Of a stretch of 64,000 bases of DNA, positions 51,561 to 64,000 are shown in pieces (the stretch's first letter is position 1; each line of letters opens with the position of its first letter). Source of the stretch: the human T2T-CHM13v2.0 reference genome, Homo sapiens; NCBI RefSeq assembly GCF_009914755.1, contig NC_060932.1. The stretch is one strand, 5' to 3'. The position numbers and the translations under genes are program-made. Under the pieces are notes generated by a model. That model was not told where the DNA came from. It did not search any database and saw only the letters and a list, made by a program, of their open reading frames with translations.

Positions 51561-51846
51561 GCCAGGCACAGTGGCTCACACCTATAATCCCAGCACTATG
51601 GGAGGTTAGGTGGGAAGAATGCTTGAGGCCAGGAGTTTGAGATCAGCCTGGGCAACATGGTGAAAACTTATGTCTACAAAAAAATATAAAAATTAACTGG
51701 ATGTGGTGGCACATGCCTGTAGTCAAGAGGGTGGTATGGAAGGATTGCTTGAGCCCAGGAGTTTGAGGCTACAGTGAGCTGAGATTGTGCCACTACATTC
51801 CAGCCCGGGGGACAGAGCAAAACTTTGCCAAAAAAAAAAAAAAAAA
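51561..51846 (+). mobile_element. AluJ with internal deletion
   Basis: gccaggcacagtggctcacacc...gcttgaggccaggagtttgag; TSD actgaccaa at 51552-51560 and 52222-52230. Confidence 0.92.
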
Positions 51847-52151
51847 AGGAAAAAGAAAAAGGAAAAGAAAGAAAGAAAGGGAAGGGAAGGGAAGGGGAAA
51901 GAGAAACAAAGAAAGAAGAAAGAAGGAAAGAAAGAGAGAGAAAGAAAAAGGGAGTGAGAGAGAGAAAGAAGAAAGAAAGAAAGAAAAAGAAAGAGAAAGA
52001 AAGTAAAGAAAGGGAGAGAAAGAGAGAAAGAAGAAAGAGAAAGAAAGGAAAAGGAAGAAAAGGAAAGAAAGAAAGAAAGAAAGAGAGGGAGGTAGGGAGG
52101 GAGGGAGGGAGGAAGGAAGGAAGGAAAGAAAAAGAAAGAAAGAAAGAAAAA

Positions 52152-52206
<55 letters not shown>

Positions 52207-52220
52207 GAAAGAAAGAAAAA
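51829..52220. repeat. Polypurine tract of about 390 bp including (AAAG)14 at 52151-52206
   Basis: Almost exclusively A/G, and lies inside the Alu TSD pair. Confidence 0.95.
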
Positions 52221-53285
52221 CACTGACCAAAGAGAAATAAAGATACTGTTCCACAAAGCCTTCTCCAGGTTGAGCTTTTCGAGCTTCTTGGATTCTTTCT
52301 CCAGTTACACTGTACACTAACAATTTTCCAAAATGTATTGCTTAGAAATAGAGGTATTACTCCAAATGTGGCCTCAACAGTAGTTACATTATTATGTTTT
52401 CATGATACACATTTATTAATGCAGACCATGCTTACCTAATAGTTTAAGGAATGTCAATGCCTGCTCTCCTAAACGTCTACTTAAGTTTCATAATCTTCCT
52501 GTTGAGAATGACTTCTTAGTGATATTTCTTGAGCATAAGGACAACACTCAGTTCAATTCAATAGAACTTACTTAATTACCACACACTGCATTAGAAGTAG
52601 TCTTTGTCCTCTAGGAGAAAGATTTCTAAACACACAATTCCAATCAGTGTTATTAGTGTCGTGACAGAGATATACCCAAAGAGCTTCATAAGGAGAGTTG
52701 AGGAGGTAGGAGGGAATGGGTACTCAAAGAATATTCTGAAATATAATTTTCACCCCCTTTGTTCTCAAATAGCACAAAGAGTTTCTTATGATAATAAACT
52801 ATATTGGAAGAAAAAGAATACATGATGTGAAGAAATGAGCAATCTATAATTGACCACCTAACTGGATGTTGTTAAGTAATATATAACTGATGGCCGTTTT
52901 AAACCAGGACAAAAATATTCTTAATTCATTCATCTCTCTCACGTTGACAATATCATACTATCTACATATCTTCCTCACTCTGTCTAGAAAGTTTATGAGT
53001 TTGTAAATGAAATTTAAAAGTAATCAGCACCAACATAATGCCCCTCAAGTTGTGTATTTATTTGGCATTTACAAAGCTCTCTCTCTCTTTAAATATATAT
53101 ATAATATATATTTAGAAAAATTGTATACATATATTATATATGGAAAAAATTATACATAATGTAATTTTGCTTCATAAAATATAGTGCATATATATATAGT
53201 GTGTATCTATATAGTGTATAGTGTGCATATATATAGTGTGTGTGTATGTGTATATATATATAATATATAAAATACATATACTTAC

Positions 53286-53335
53286 TAATTTGTGCAGTGG
53301 TCCAAAATTGCTTTGGTGGCTTTTATTACAATCTC
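53286..53335 (-). CDS. Putative 50-nt penultimate exon of an unidentified gene (phase-0 reading EIVIKATKAILDHCTN)
   Basis: Acceptor cctacttttttag|GAG and perfect donor TTA|gtaagt. Open in two frames, non-repeat sequence. The reading frame cannot be fixed because no upstream exon was found in the window. Confidence 0.68.
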
Positions 53336-56300
53336 CTAAAAAAGTAGGTTCACATATACAGAATTCTACAAGAAAAAACTACACCAGGAGCTGCAGAACA
53401 CAGGCAGTTTGGGACTTTTGTCTACAAAGTTGTCTTTGACCTTTACAAAATTCACTGAAGTTATTCTTACTTTGCTCATTTACCATAGCTCAATACAATT
53501 TCTTTCTTGGATCAACTATTTTGAACTACTGTTGGCTTTTGGCCTCCTGTCATAATATGAATTTTCTCAACTTTTTCTCCTAAAACTTAAGAAAAGAGTA
53601 TCAAACCAAAGATTTTCTTAGATGCAGTATATTTAAGTCTTGGCAGTGACTGCCACTTGAATTCACATTGAGCTTTTCTTCTGAAAGCCTCAAAGTCTCT
53701 ACAAATCTCACATGACCTCAGAACATGCTGTGGGTAGGAGGAGGCTGGGCATGCTTAGTGGACAGTGGCCATGGCCATCCCAAGCCCTGAGAGCTCACGT
53801 GCTTCACACAGGGCACAAGGACCAGGGCAAAAATAAAACATTAAAGGAAAAACCTAGGTTAATTATATTCACATGATGAAGGATAATCTTAATTTATTCA
53901 ATCTGTTTCAGACAGAGGGAAATTAAAATGTGCTTAGCCTCTAAAATATCAATACTAAATTATGGCAACCTTTTTTTATCTTTCTTTGAGAGCAAATTTT
54001 AAAGAATAGAACCCAAATTTGCTCTGCAACCCTGTTACCTTTACACAAAATCATGTCAGTTGTATCCAACTGCCAAGATCTATGATAGATGATGTCCACT
54101 AGTTTTGTTTTAATTTTTATCTTAATATTTTTTCATCAATGCTTTTGCTTTCCTCTAGGGTATGTTGAAAAATAAATTTTGAGTGATGTATATACTGACT
54201 GTGATTCCATTTACAGCAAAACAATGAAAGCAGTTGGTGTTGTGATGGTGTTAATATATTCATGCAATACATTGTTAGACATATGGGGATCCAGGTTTTT
54301 TCTGTGCTTGTGGAATTTAAAAGGAAACTTCTAGACATGCATTCTACGTACATAAGATATAGTGTTCAAATAGGGACAATGTATGAGAACATCAGTACTT
54401 GTCAGCTACGTGCTGTCAGCAAAGACGAGATTTCAGTGCATGGTATTTTAGACTTCATTATATTGTCCCATGGAGCGTTCCAAAAAAAGTAGCAGGTAAA
54501 AAATCAGGAGCATTCAAATGAAATGATACTCAAGGGGGTGAGGAGTGTTTTTTCCCCCTGAAATTGTCTCTGTTGACAGAGTTGACTTCACTTTGCCATT
54601 GAACTATGACAAGGTGATTATTTTTAAAAACCAAAATACAGTGCATAATACATTTTAGCCTGAAGCTAAAAGTTAAGTGTGAATATTCATTCATTTTTAC
54701 CCTTCCTTGGGGAAAAAAATGCTGCTGGAGTAGCAAATAAAGTGTTAAGGTATATCAATTACACAGAGTTAATGAATGATGTTTAAACGAAATAATTTTA
54801 ACAAAGGGGATTTTTTAAAAAAATTGACATTCAGATTTTGTTAAGGCAGAGGAGAATTACCGTTTTTTATTCACAGCATCCTAAATACCAACATACCAGG
54901 AAAACTTAACAAATTTAAATACAGTGAAGTATGTTGTCTCCATAAACAGAAGACACACACACTCACACAAAATTGACAAATATAAGTGTACTCTGTCAGC
55001 AGGTACATGCCATAGGGCCAGAAATTTGTGCTAAGAAAGTTAAATCAATATTTCAGTAGTTTTAAGAGCTGGCTACGTAACATCCTCCTCCAAATAGAAT
55101 GAATATAGTGTCTCTTTGTTTCAAGTCTGCCAAGTGGCCAGAGTTACAATCAGTGGCATGACTTGTTCAAGGTCAGGCAGTAAGTCACCCGCCTTTGCCT
55201 ACATTGTCTTAAGTTAGGAGTAAGGCCTGGCTTCGAAGACTGCAAAGAGTTTCAAATGCAAGTGTTTTTTGTAAGAACAGTTAATTCAGAAGCTTGATCT
55301 GGTCAAATTTTTGTCAGCGAGGCCCACAAAGACCCACTGAACTTGTTTATTTAGAATTTGTATTTAATATAGTATCTTTTATTTTTATTTGATAAAAGAC
55401 ACTTTTTTATTTAATAACTTTTCTATACATGCCTATAGACAGGAGCCCACAAACTTTGGATAGTAAAAATTCTATTCATTTATCTTTTTCAATTTTATCC
55501 ACCTGGGTAAATTGAGCAAAATTCCTCTGCTTTTAATTGTTGGCAAGGAAAAATAAAGTCAGATAGACAATAAAGAATTCTTTACTTCAATCCAGATAAC
55601 AAAATCATAATATCAGGTATTGTCAAAACTCTTCCTTTAAGTGTCAAGATACTGTACATGTTTTCTCATGGACACTTCAAATATCAATTCTTGTCTCATA
55701 TTCAGTCACAGGACAGTGACTCTGCTTCTATAGTCTATCTTCTTTCACTTCTGGTCATAAAAATGAGCTTCATGATATTGTTTTACTTTCACAAAGAATA
55801 AAAATTACAACAAAGTTCTTATCTTTATATAAATAGCCTGAAGTGAATAGTTAATCAATTCTTTCTGTTTGGGGGGTTAACATTACTTATTTTGATATAA
55901 CATCTTAAATAAAATATCAGAAACAAATAAACAAAAAAATCTACTTTGATGCTGTAAGAAAATTCACAAATTTAAGTGATATTTGTTGACTCCTTCATGG
56001 AGTCTTTTCAAAATTTTACCTGACAGATATATCTTCTTATAATACCACCAAAAAGAAATTGGTTGGCTGCATGTAGTTAAATACAACCCAGAGGGAAAGA
56101 AAAAGTCAACATTTTGAATGCTAGTTATGATTGACAAATATGTTTTAAGATTATTTAATCCTCATTAAATTCAAGTTTACTTAAATACTACCAGAATTAG
56201 GTTAAAGTTTTTCTTTCTTTCCTTTTTGAAAACAATTTTTAAGGCTGAAATAAGGTTAGAGAAAAATCTTAAAGGATTTAAAAAGTAAAGCGGATTTCTA

Positions 56301-56429
56301 AGAAATTCTGTGGTATCAATTTACAAGCATCTAATCTTCCGATTATAAATAGCTGTAACATGACGTGGGATTGAGGCAAGACCAGTTTAAACTGTAAGGC
56401 ATGCTGTGTCCAATGGAGAAAAGCCAGGA

Positions 56430-57370
56430 CTTAAACATAAAGGAAAATATTGATAAAGTTAACCATGTAAAAATCAACAATCTGTGCATGGAAAAAAAAA
56501 AAAACAAAGCCAAATGACAACTTGAGAAAATATAAAATTCGTGTTATAAAAAATAACAAACTTTCCTAATATATAAATTGATCTTTCAAAGTAATAAGAA
56601 AAACCAACCAACTAACAGAAAAATGGGCAAATGGTTCAAGAGTAGAAAACATGTTGTTTTGCTCATAACGAGAGAAATGCAAAGTAAAACTATACTGAGA
56701 TTATATTTTTTACTTTATCAATTTGACAAAGATTAAGAATTTGGTAACATACTGCATTGGTAAATGGACAGAAAACAAACAAATCTTCTTTTACTTAAAT
56801 GATAGTAGTGAAAATTGTTGAAACCTAGATGAAATGCAATTTGGCAGTATGTATCAAAATGTAAAGCTCATCATCCTTTTGAACTAGCATTTCCTAGCTA
56901 TTAGGATTTAACCTACAGATATAAATTTTATCACATTCAAATAACATACAAGTATATTTATGACAGAGAATATTTTCTAATAGCAAAGCGGAAGCAACCT
57001 AAGTACTCACCAACCTCAGTGATTGCTGAAATTATACCCAGAGAATGCAATACAATTCAGCTATCAACAAAAATGAGGAAGTTCTTTGCATATTAATATA
57101 GAAATAAATGAAAAATATATTATTAGAGGGAAAAAGTAAGACACAAAACTGTGTATAATATGCCACCTTTTGTGTTATAGAAATGCAAAAATATATAGAT
57201 TTATATTTTATTATAAATACTTGTATATGCCCATGTGTCTCTAGGTGAATACAAAATAGAAGAATAGCAGGTGTCCTAAGGGAGAGCAACTGCATGACTA
57301 GGGAAGGGGCAGAACGGAGACTCCATGGGGATTCTGCTACGTTGTAAAATAGTATTTAGATGCACAATTT
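56430..57370 (+). mobile_element. Ancient L1ME ORF2 end and 3' UTR
   Basis: aacagaaaaatgggcaaatgg, gagaaatgcaaagtaaaactatactgaga, gcaatttggcagtatgtatcaaaatg. Confidence 0.75.
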
Positions 57371-58134
57371 AAGGAATTTATAACAGGACAAAGAGTTTTT
57401 CTAAGTTTTAAATCCACCGACCTACTAGAAATCGTAGGACCTGTGCTTTCTAAAGTAAATAGGTCATGGCATTTCTCAAGAGACAAAGCTCTCACAACAG
57501 TTTTTTTTACTGCAGCCTTAAATAGAACATAGAACACAGAGGTGTCATCAGCTGGCCTGTAAATCACCTAGATGAGCTTCACATCATCATGTGCCTACAA
57601 AAAGGCACCACAGGAAGAGGCAGACAAGGCTGATGGTAAACTACATAAAATTAACACTTGAAGATGACATAACTGTTTCATCAACAGTAAAGCATAAGCA
57701 CATTTGTTATTCGGAATAAAGTTTGTAAATTTCACTAATACATCCACATTTCCTTGTTAAGACATCCTTGTGTAAAAATGTAATACAACTTCAAAATGGC
57801 CACTGGAGTACAATTTGGGACAGTAAACAAAGCAAACCTAGCTAGTTTATATAGGGAAAAAACTAATTAGATCAATTTATTAGCACAAACTCTGACTGAG
57901 ATAATTTAGCTCCAAATTATATAAGAAAATGGGGAGTCATGTTGACCATGCTGTAGGACAAAATACAAATTACTATTCTGAAAATTAAAGAATTTTGCTT
58001 GAAACATAAAACTCTTTAAAGAGGACTAAAATGCAAGGCAAGCTTTACTACTCAGTGTGCAAAAGAAAAAAACTTTATCTCTATCTCAATACAATGAAGA
58101 TAAGTACTGCTTTGCACACTTTTCAAAAATAGTC

Positions 58135-59785
58135 TTTTCAAAGCATCCTGAGCAAGTAGAACAAAGCTGGAGCCATCGTATGACCTGACTTGAAAGTATA
58201 TTACAAAATTAGAGTAACCAAAACAGCATGGTACTGGCATAAAGTCAGATGTATAAACTGATGGAACATAATACAGAACCCAGAAATAAATCCACAAATT
58301 TACAGGCAACTCATTTTTGACACAGGTGCCAATAACATACATTTGGGGAAAGGACAATCTGTTCAATAAATTGTACAGGAAAATTGAATATGCATGTGCA
58401 GAAGAATAAAACTGGACCCTGATCTCTCATTATATACAAAAATAAAATCAAAATGAATTGAAGACCTAAATGTAATACTTGAAACCATGAAACTGCTATA
58501 AGGAAGCATTAGGGAAATACTCCAGGACATTGGTCTGAGCAAAGATTTTCTGTGTAAGACCTCAAAAGCACAGTCAATCAAAACAAACATTTTGAAATGT
58601 AATTACATCAAGCTAAAAAGCTTCTGCACAGCAAAGAAAACAATCAACAAAATGAAGATACAGCCTACAGAATATTTGAAAACTACCCATCTGACAAGGG
58701 ATTAGTAACCAGGATATACAAGGAACTCAAACAACTCAACAACAAACAAATAATCTGATTACACAGTGGGTAAAAAATCTGAATAAACATTTCTCAAAAG
58801 AAGACATACAAATGGCCAACAGGTACATGAAAAAATGCTCAACATCACTAATTATTAGGGAAATGCAAATCAAAACTACAGTGAAATATCATCTCATCCC
58901 AGTTAAAATGGCTATTATCAAAAAGACAGAAAATAACACATCCTAGCAAGGAAGCAGAAAAATGGCGAGTCTTATACATGGTTAGTGGAAATGTAAATTA
59001 GTGCAGCCACTATGGAAAACAGTATGAACTTTTCTCAAAACACTAAAAATAGAATACCATATGATCCAGCAATCCCACTGCTGGGTGTATATCCAAAAGA
59101 AGGGAAATCAGTAATCAAAAAGATATCTGCATTTTATCTCATGTTCATTGCAGCACTTTTCGTAATAGCCAAGGTATTGAATCAATCCAAGTTCCATTAA
59201 TAGATCAATGGATATATATATGCGTGTGTGTGTGTACACACACATATATAACCACATGCAATGGAATATTATTCAGCCATAGAAACAGAATGAGTTCCTG
59301 TCATTTACAGCAACATGGAAGGAACTAGAGGGCATTATATTAAATAAAATAGGCCAGGCCCAGAAAGACAAATAGCACATGTTCTCACTCATTTGCTGAA
59401 GCTAAAAAAAAAAATGATCAGTGATCTCAGAGAGGTAGTGAATAGAATGAATAGAATGGTGGTTATTAGAGGCTGGGAAGTGTATTAGAGAAGGGAAGGA
59501 TAAAATCTGGTTGGTTAATGGGTACAAAAATACATTAGATAGAAGGACTATATGCTACTGTTTGATATCACAATAGGGGTACTATAATTAGCAATAATTT
59601 ATTGTATAATTAAAAACACCTAAATGAGATTTGGAATGGTCCCAAAAACCAGAAATGATAAATGTTTGAGGTGACGTATATCCCAATTACCCATATTTGA
59701 TCATTACACATTATATTCTTATATCAAAGTATCTATCACATGTACCCCCATAAGTATGTACAATTATTATGTACTAATAAAAAGA
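58135..59785 (+). mobile_element. L1MA 3' portion (ORF2 C-terminus and 3' UTR)
   Basis: ccaaaacagcatggtactggcataaa, ccatatgatccagcaatcccactgctgggtgtatatccaaaaga, and an L1MA-type tail. Confidence 0.92.
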
Positions 59786-60449
59786 AACTCTCTTTCAACT
59801 GTGGATGTCATTGGAAGAAAAACTATGTTATCAAAATTACTATTATTAAAACTAATTCTGTATCTTTTAATAGATTTCAACGTCTAATCAATAATTTTTA
59901 TGCTATTGGTATCTCACACTTTCAATTTTATATACTTGAAGTCTAGAAAACAGGTAACCTCAAAGCTTCAGTTAGCCAGGATAGAGATATTAAATTTACT
60001 TATAAGCATTTTCTAATCTTTTCATTCAGAGTTAATTCCAGATACCTCTACATTTCTAGTTACCTTCATGTCAGTATCCCTTAACTTCCTCAATTAGGTT
60101 ATGGTCTACTTGGGGAAAACCTCTTACCTGTATCCTTTTATATTTTATATTATACTTCCCATAACATCTTGCACACAATAGATTTTTAAACAAATATGTA
60201 TAGGCCATCAAAAATAGGCATATGGCAAGAAAACAGCCTAATATGAAAGAACAAGTTAAAAATTGAGAGCAATAGTTCTTAAAATTAAAAATCAAATGGT
60301 TACTTTTAAAAATTCTATTGCTCATGATATACCCTAGAAAATTTTAATCAGAAACTGTGAGTGTAGGACTCTGGCATCACTAGCTCTAAAACCTTCCCAG
60401 TTTTTATAGGTAGCAGAGTTTGTGATCCACTATCTTAGAACAATAACAG

Positions 60450-60780
60450 TAAAACTTTAGTGATCATTGGTACTATCTAGGCAGTTTTTAAAAAATTATA
60501 TATAGATCCCAATGCACCACCCCCAGGATTATGTTTTAGATAGGGAAGGAATCTGTACTTAAACAACGAAACTTCTGCAGGTGAGTTTAGTGTGCCTCTA
60601 AGACTGAGAACCATTTCCTTGGGTCTAGATCAGCAACATTGCTTGAAAACTTGCTAGAGATGAAAATCTGTGCTTCCCACTTCAGACCTATGGAATCAGA
60701 AACTGTGGGAGTCAGGATGATGATTCTGTTTTAAAAAACCCTCCAGCTGATGCTGATGCGCACATGAACGTAAGAATGAC
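60450..60780. mobile_element. MER5-family hAT-Charlie elements (two adjacent copies)
   Basis: gcaggtgag...gactgagaacca and cagacctatggaatcagaaactgtggga...aaccctccagctgatgctgatgc. Confidence 0.65.
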
Positions 60781-60781
60781 T

Positions 60782-61060
60782 GGCTGGGCAAGGTGGCTTA
60801 CGCCTGCAATCCCAGCACTTTGGGAGGCCAAGGTGGGTGGATCACAAAGTCAGGAGTTCAAGACCAGCCTGGCCAAGATGATGAAACCCCATCTCTACTA
60901 AAAATACAAAAATTAGCCAGGCAGGGTGGCAGGAGCCTGTAATCCCAGCTACTAGGGAGGCTAAGGCAGGAAAATCGCTTGAACCAGGGCAGCAGAGGTT
61001 GCAGTGAGTGTAGCCCGGGCAACAGAATGAGGCCTTGTCTCAATAAAAAATAATTTAAAA
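60782..61060 (+). mobile_element. AluS with a deletion of about 25 bp in the right arm
   Basis: ggctgggcaaggtggcttacgcctgcaatcccagc...; junction gcagtgagtgtagcccgggc; flanking aatgact duplication. Confidence 0.92.
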
Positions 61061-62314
61061 AAAGTTAAAAAACCAAAAAGAAAATGACTGAGCCATGCTG
61101 CTGCAATGCCCTTTTGTGCTTCATGCTGGACTACTGAAAAATAAATAACATCTATTCTAAAGTGACAATTAAATTACGTGATTAATAGGGTTTTCTATAG
61201 TTTAAGTTCTCTTGACCTTAACGCTTATCTTAAAACTTTTGGTACCTCTTCCTGCTTATATGTTAGTGCTATTAACAGGCAACAAAGTAAATAAAATATT
61301 TTTTGAAAAAAGAATATTAATCCCAAACTTCAGCTTCTGCTGAATTCAGAAGGTTGCTTTCTTTATGGAAACATTGGTTTCAATTTTATATTATGCTTCA
61401 GTTTGCAAAGTTAGTCATATTAAACATTTCAAAGAAATAAAGTATTTAAGTAACTTAGATAATTAAACAGATAATTTGTGTTGTCGAAATTTGAATGATA
61501 GAACTTGACGTATCAGAATTTAATGTTCACCTTAAAAATGTTATAAACGTGGAGACCAATTAAAGAACTTCTATTAGGCACTAGAAATTTTATGCTTTAA
61601 CTCTATTTTCTAACAATTTTCTTAATAGCTCTATGGAGAAGGCCTTATTATACCCCCATTTATAGATGTGGGACATGGGCTCAGAGAATTAAGGAGCATG
61701 ACTAGTCAAAGAAAGAATAGAGACACCATCATGGATTGTCCTCATTCTAAGCTTTTGAGCTTGCCCTGTCCCTAAATACGTTTGAGAACCATGGCTCTAC
61801 TATGCTGACTATCCTGGTCTCAGCTGGTGATAATGAATGAATGATTGTGGGCCAGGGTAAAAGTGGAAGCACTGACCCTCCCATCCCCCACACCAGGACA
61901 GCAGAGATGAGTAAGCTTTAATGGAAAGAAGAATGACAAGAATTGGATATTAGAGTTATGGAGTCCATAACTCTATGGACCACTGGTCCAACTTGCGTGA
62001 AAATTCCCCATTTATTTGGACACTTAGGATAACTCAATTTAGTTTTATTGAGAGAAACTGCTGGGCTTCTTAAATAAATATGTTTAGTCTCTTCTATAGT
62101 TAAAGCATTAAGCATTAAGCAGCAACAAACTTTCTAATCTATTATCTCGCCAAGCGGCTGCCACTTTATCCAGATACTCTCATCAAACAAGCCCCTCCAA
62201 AGAGAACTCCTCACTAACCATCATTTCCTCTACTGCCTTGCCATTCTGCAACCTAAAGCAGTCTGATTTTTGCTTCTATCTCTAAAATCATTCTCTTTGT
62301 TGGTCCATGAAGCC

Positions 62315-62860
62315 CATTCATTCTAGTACTTATTGACAGCCAACTACAACACACCAGGTACTATTATAAATATAGCAGTGAACAAAACAAAGTTCCTTCC
62401 CTCATGAGCTTATAGTGGGAGTGGCAGAAAATGTAAAAATAATCAAGTAAATGCAGAGAGTGTGAGATGGTATAAAATATTGCAAAACAAAATCAAGCCA
62501 GAGTAAGGGGACAGGCAGCTCCTGGAGCATGCAAGTGTGAGTGCTACCTTTTTATATACTGTAATTGGGAAAGGTCTTACAGAAAGTGAGCATCCTGTGT
62601 GAATAGAGGAAGGGGTACATTTCAAGGAAGAAATAAGAGCAAGTCCCTGGGGTGGAAGAGTCCTTGGCATGCTTAAATAAGAGAAAGGAGGCCAGCGTGT
62701 CTGGTGCAGAGTAAATGAGGAGCAAGGAGGTCAGTAGGACAGCAGGAGCCAGATTGCATAGGGCAAAATGTCTTAGTTCATTAAAGTACCTTAGAGTTTT
62801 AGTAAATGAAGAAAACAATTCAAATTTTTTTAGAAAAACAGTGACAAATTCTGATCAGTT
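62315..62860 (-). mobile_element. L2 3' fragment
   Basis: cattcattctagtacttattgacagccaactac...gcagtgaacaaaacaaagttccttccctcatgagcttatagtgg. Confidence 0.8.
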
Positions 62861-62864
62861 TTAG

Positions 62865-63830
62865 AACTCCAATGGAAATGGACAATAGAAATATATTTTT
62901 AAAATTAAAATACTTCTTATAATCACATTAAGAGCATAAAATACTTAATCACAAATTTGATCCAAAAAATGCACTGAAAACTGCAAAACAGTGTTGAGTA
63001 AAATTAAAGAAAGTATTAAGTATTGAAAGTATAAATAAATGAAGAGGAATTTCTTTTTAGTGAAAGCCTATAAAATAGAGACATATACCTTGTGTATGGA
63101 TTGGAAGACTCAATATTAATAATATGTCAATTCACCTTCAAAATAATTTATAAACATCAGTAATTTCAGTAAAAAATCCAGCAGGTTCTCTGTAAAAGCT
63201 GAAATGTTGACTCTAATGTTTTAATATGGAAATACAAAAGTCCTAGAATCATTAAAACAATTTTGAAAAAGAAAAAATAAATAATTTGGGGGATATTTAA
63301 TACTTAACATGAAGCTAAAATTATCAAGACAATGTAAAGTTCACATAAGTACAGACATATAGATAAATGGATTAGAATAGAAAATCCAGAAATAGACCTA
63401 CATATATGATAGCTACTGATTTTCAACAGAAGTTTCAAGGCAATACAGTGGAGAAAGAATTAATCTTTTCAACAAATAGTACTGGAACAACTGTCTTGAA
63501 AAGTCTGATAAAATCAAACCTTATCTCACATCATACACACAGTTAAACTCAAAATGAATAATAGAACTAAATATAGAACTGAAGTATTAAATCTTCTAGT
63601 AAAAAAAGAGGAGAAAATCTTTGCAACCTTAGGACAAAGATTTCTTCAACAGAAAATACACACAGAGAGAAACACAAATATCTAGACACAAGCACACAGA
63701 CACACAAAACACTAACCATAAAGGAGTAAAAAATAGTAAAATGAAAACTTCTGCTCTTCAAAGGACACTTTTAAGAAGACATAAAGGCAAAACGCGGACT
63801 GGGATAAAATATTAACAGTATATATTACAT
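62865..63830 (+). mobile_element. Old L1M ORF2 fragment
   Basis: gtatggattggaagactcaatatt, agaatagaaaatccagaaatagacc, aatcttttcaacaaatagtactggaacaac. Confidence 0.85.
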
Positions 63831-63839
63831 ATGTAATTT

Positions 63840-64000
63840 ACTTGTAACATATACCCAACAAAAGCCTTTTTAAGCAACAATTTATTATATCTCATGATGT
63901 TATGAGTTCGGTGGACTCAAAGGGCCAGTTATTCTACTTTATTTTAAAATAGCTGTGGTCATTTGTATGGCTGCATTTGTTTGGGAACCCAACTGGGGCT
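63840..64000 (-). mobile_element. MLT1-family LTR fragment cut by window edge
   Basis: tgtaaca...taagcaacaatttattatatctcatgat resembles an antisense MLT1 3' end. Confidence 0.5.

Noticed and set aside
51723-52323. Longest ORFs in the track (133-177 aa; F/L/S-rich or K/R/E-rich)
   Set aside because: They are stop-free only because of the purine tract, so this is not coding evidence.
53286-53335. Assigning a gene symbol to the exons
   Set aside because: I do not reliably recognise the peptide in any frame; a database search is needed.
57557-57600. Possible minus-strand mini-exon (tttttgtag|GCACATGATGATGTGAAGCTCATCTAG|gtgatt)
   Set aside because: Weak donor, an in-frame stop in phase 0 and no other support.
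1-64000. A novel multi-gene or defence-type system
   Set aside because: There are no long non-repeat ORFs, RNA genes or operon-like structure; known repeats plus one gene 3' end explain the content.

Overview
AT-rich primate, very likely human, genomic DNA (AluY/S/J, L1PA/L1M, L2, MIR, HSMAR2, LTR18, MER57, MER21, MLT1, Tigger3, MER82, MER45). Most of the window is interspersed repeat, and nearly all ORFs in the supplied track are repeat-derived or chance. The main non-repeat signal is the apparent 3' end of an unidentified gene on the minus strand. It has a 50-nt internal exon (53286-53335), a proximal terminal exon starting at 50458 with a repeat-free 3' UTR of about 2.7 kb, and a distal CpG-rich terminal exon starting at 20433, about 30 kb further on, with a well-formed poly(A) site near 19900. 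The most notable local structures are a perfect 26x29-bp AT-rich minisatellite formed at an HSMAR2/Alu junction, an unusually CpG-retaining AluY, several Alu-tail-derived microsatellites still bracketed by their TSDs, and nested transposon stacks. I see no evidence of a novel multi-gene system. Repeat subfamily names come from recalled consensus similarity, not from a search, and ancient repeat boundaries are approximate.
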